Positions 61,067 through 64,000 of a DNA stretch of 64,000 bases are shown here, in pieces. A program made the translations under genes and the position numbers. Origin of the DNA: Amoebidium appalachense (Eukaryota > Protista > Ichthyosporea). The stretch's first letter is position 1; each line of letters begins with the position of its first letter. The stretch spans positions 4,429,957-4,493,956 of the forward strand of contig CAVNZM010000016.1 in the NCBI GenBank assembly GCA_963693365.1, given 5' to 3'. A model generated the notes under the pieces. The model did no database searches and was not told the DNA's origin. It saw only the letters and a program-made list of their open reading frames with translations.

Positions 61067-61459
61067 GCGGCAGTGCAACCCATCTACCTTCCAAGGTAAA
61101 ATCGGTCTATGATACCCCTGTAGTGTCACGATGCATAGTGTAGTTAATTTGCGCGGCTTGGTTTATAATGGGAGATATAACAAAACCTCGGCAGTTTTTG
61201 CTTCGGTTGGAGTCATGAGTCATCGTGATTTGAACGTGTTATCAGCTTGCTTGAACATGGAATCATGGCGTGTATTACACCAGTCTTATCGATCTGCGAA
61301 ACAGATAGCAAAAATGTACTATTTATTTGATACTACACTGCATGCATACAAATAGACCGATGTTCAAATTACAATATGACAGTATTGGTTTGGATGGTAT
61401 AGTAACCTTTGCAGGTCAGCCCGTGTAAGAGGGAGTGTGTGTGTGGGTGTGTGCGTGTG

Positions 61460-61550
<91 letters not shown>

Positions 61551-61897
61551 TGTGGATGCACGTGTGTCTATGTGAGCGTGGGGTGTGCATGGGTAAAACT
61601 ATTTAAAGATAGATAATATACAGGTTTGTGTGCATACGTGTGGATCTAACGGCCACTGGGAAATCCCTGACACATGCATACCAACTACATTTCGTCCTAA
61701 CGTGTGTGCATCTCCGTGCAATTACCTCGCGACAGGTGACAATGGTGATGGTAGTGGTGATGTTAGTTGTGTATGGATTTAACCTTACACTAGTTCCTAT
61801 GATCTTTCTGTTCACACACTTAAGTAGTAAACACTGTACACCACCGATGTTTCTAACCACGTACTAGTAACATGCCGCAAACATAAATAAATTTTCG

Positions 61898-63182
<1,285 letters not shown>

Positions 63183-63475
63183 TCAAAAGAGAGAGAAAAA
63201 AACAAAAACAACACAAGAAAGCCAAACCAAAAAAGCACCACGAGGAGGAAATAAATCAACCAACGAGTAGACTAAATCCCTAACATCACAAAACTGAGTT
63301 ATCAACCCCCTCCCCCCTCCCCCACGATCACCCAAACCAGCCCCATTTTCACCCTTTCCAACCCGGAGACGCCCTACACACATCGTGTATTGTCCACCCA
63401 CCCACACAATCACCCACAAATGTGTATGCGTGGACAAGCACAGGCACATCCGTGCCTGCAGCAACGAGAACACAC

Positions 63476-63574
<99 letters not shown>

Positions 63575-63577
63575 GGG

Positions 63578-63671
<94 letters not shown>

Positions 63672-64000
63672 TGGGGGGGGAATAGAGAGGGAGAGGGAGA
63701 GAGCTACAGTCGCACGATGCGGATACAGCATACACACCCATACACCTATAGTTTAGTCCATCCAGATGCCTCCCCCCCCCCCCCCCCCCCCCCCCCTCTC
63801 CTCAAACACAGACACTCCTTTCCCCAAAAAGCTTGCACCAGCCAATGCGCACGAACACACGGGTTTGTATACGGCTTCCACCCCACCCTCCCCTTCTCCC
63901 TACCTTGCCCACCTGCCTTGCTTTTCTAACCAACCTCTCCACTAGCACACATCACGTCCTGGTTAATCCAGCCCCACCTCCCCAAACATCCACCCACCCA

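Overview
Eukaryotic, intron-rich genomic DNA saturated with (C)n/(G)n homopolymers and (CA)n, (CT)n and (CCCT)n microsatellites; nearly all of the six-frame ORF track is low-complexity artefact. The gene set loosely suggests a unicellular holozoan such as an ichthyosporean, which is inference only. Five spliced genes can be read by hand: (1) the 3' part of a charged protein with a C-terminal PHD finger, TAF3-like (+, ends 8577); (2) a single-domain paladin-like phosphatase (+, 10485-24956); (3) a CoA-binding YccU-like protein (-, 27866-30967); (4) a ~23 kb gene with C2, coiled-coil, polyproline and WH2/C-like elements (+, 36192-59155); (5) the 3' exons of a UBE2E-type E2 enzyme (-, 61898-63143). 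A 5'-truncated, inactivated Penelope-like RT (Naiad/Chlamys type) lies in a paladin intron. More than a dozen short, 3'-co-terminal fragments sit inside poly(C) tracts across the window, and the longer ones carry a covarying structured RNA with a canonical K-turn and hammerhead-core pieces in an unusual order. Other notable items: repeated local duplications of exon/intron junctions, (CA)n-AG acceptors, a Tc1/mariner-type TIR element carrying a spliced ORF, and Kolobok- and hAT-like MITEs. All alignments and folds were done by eye; exon boundaries are approximate where stated.
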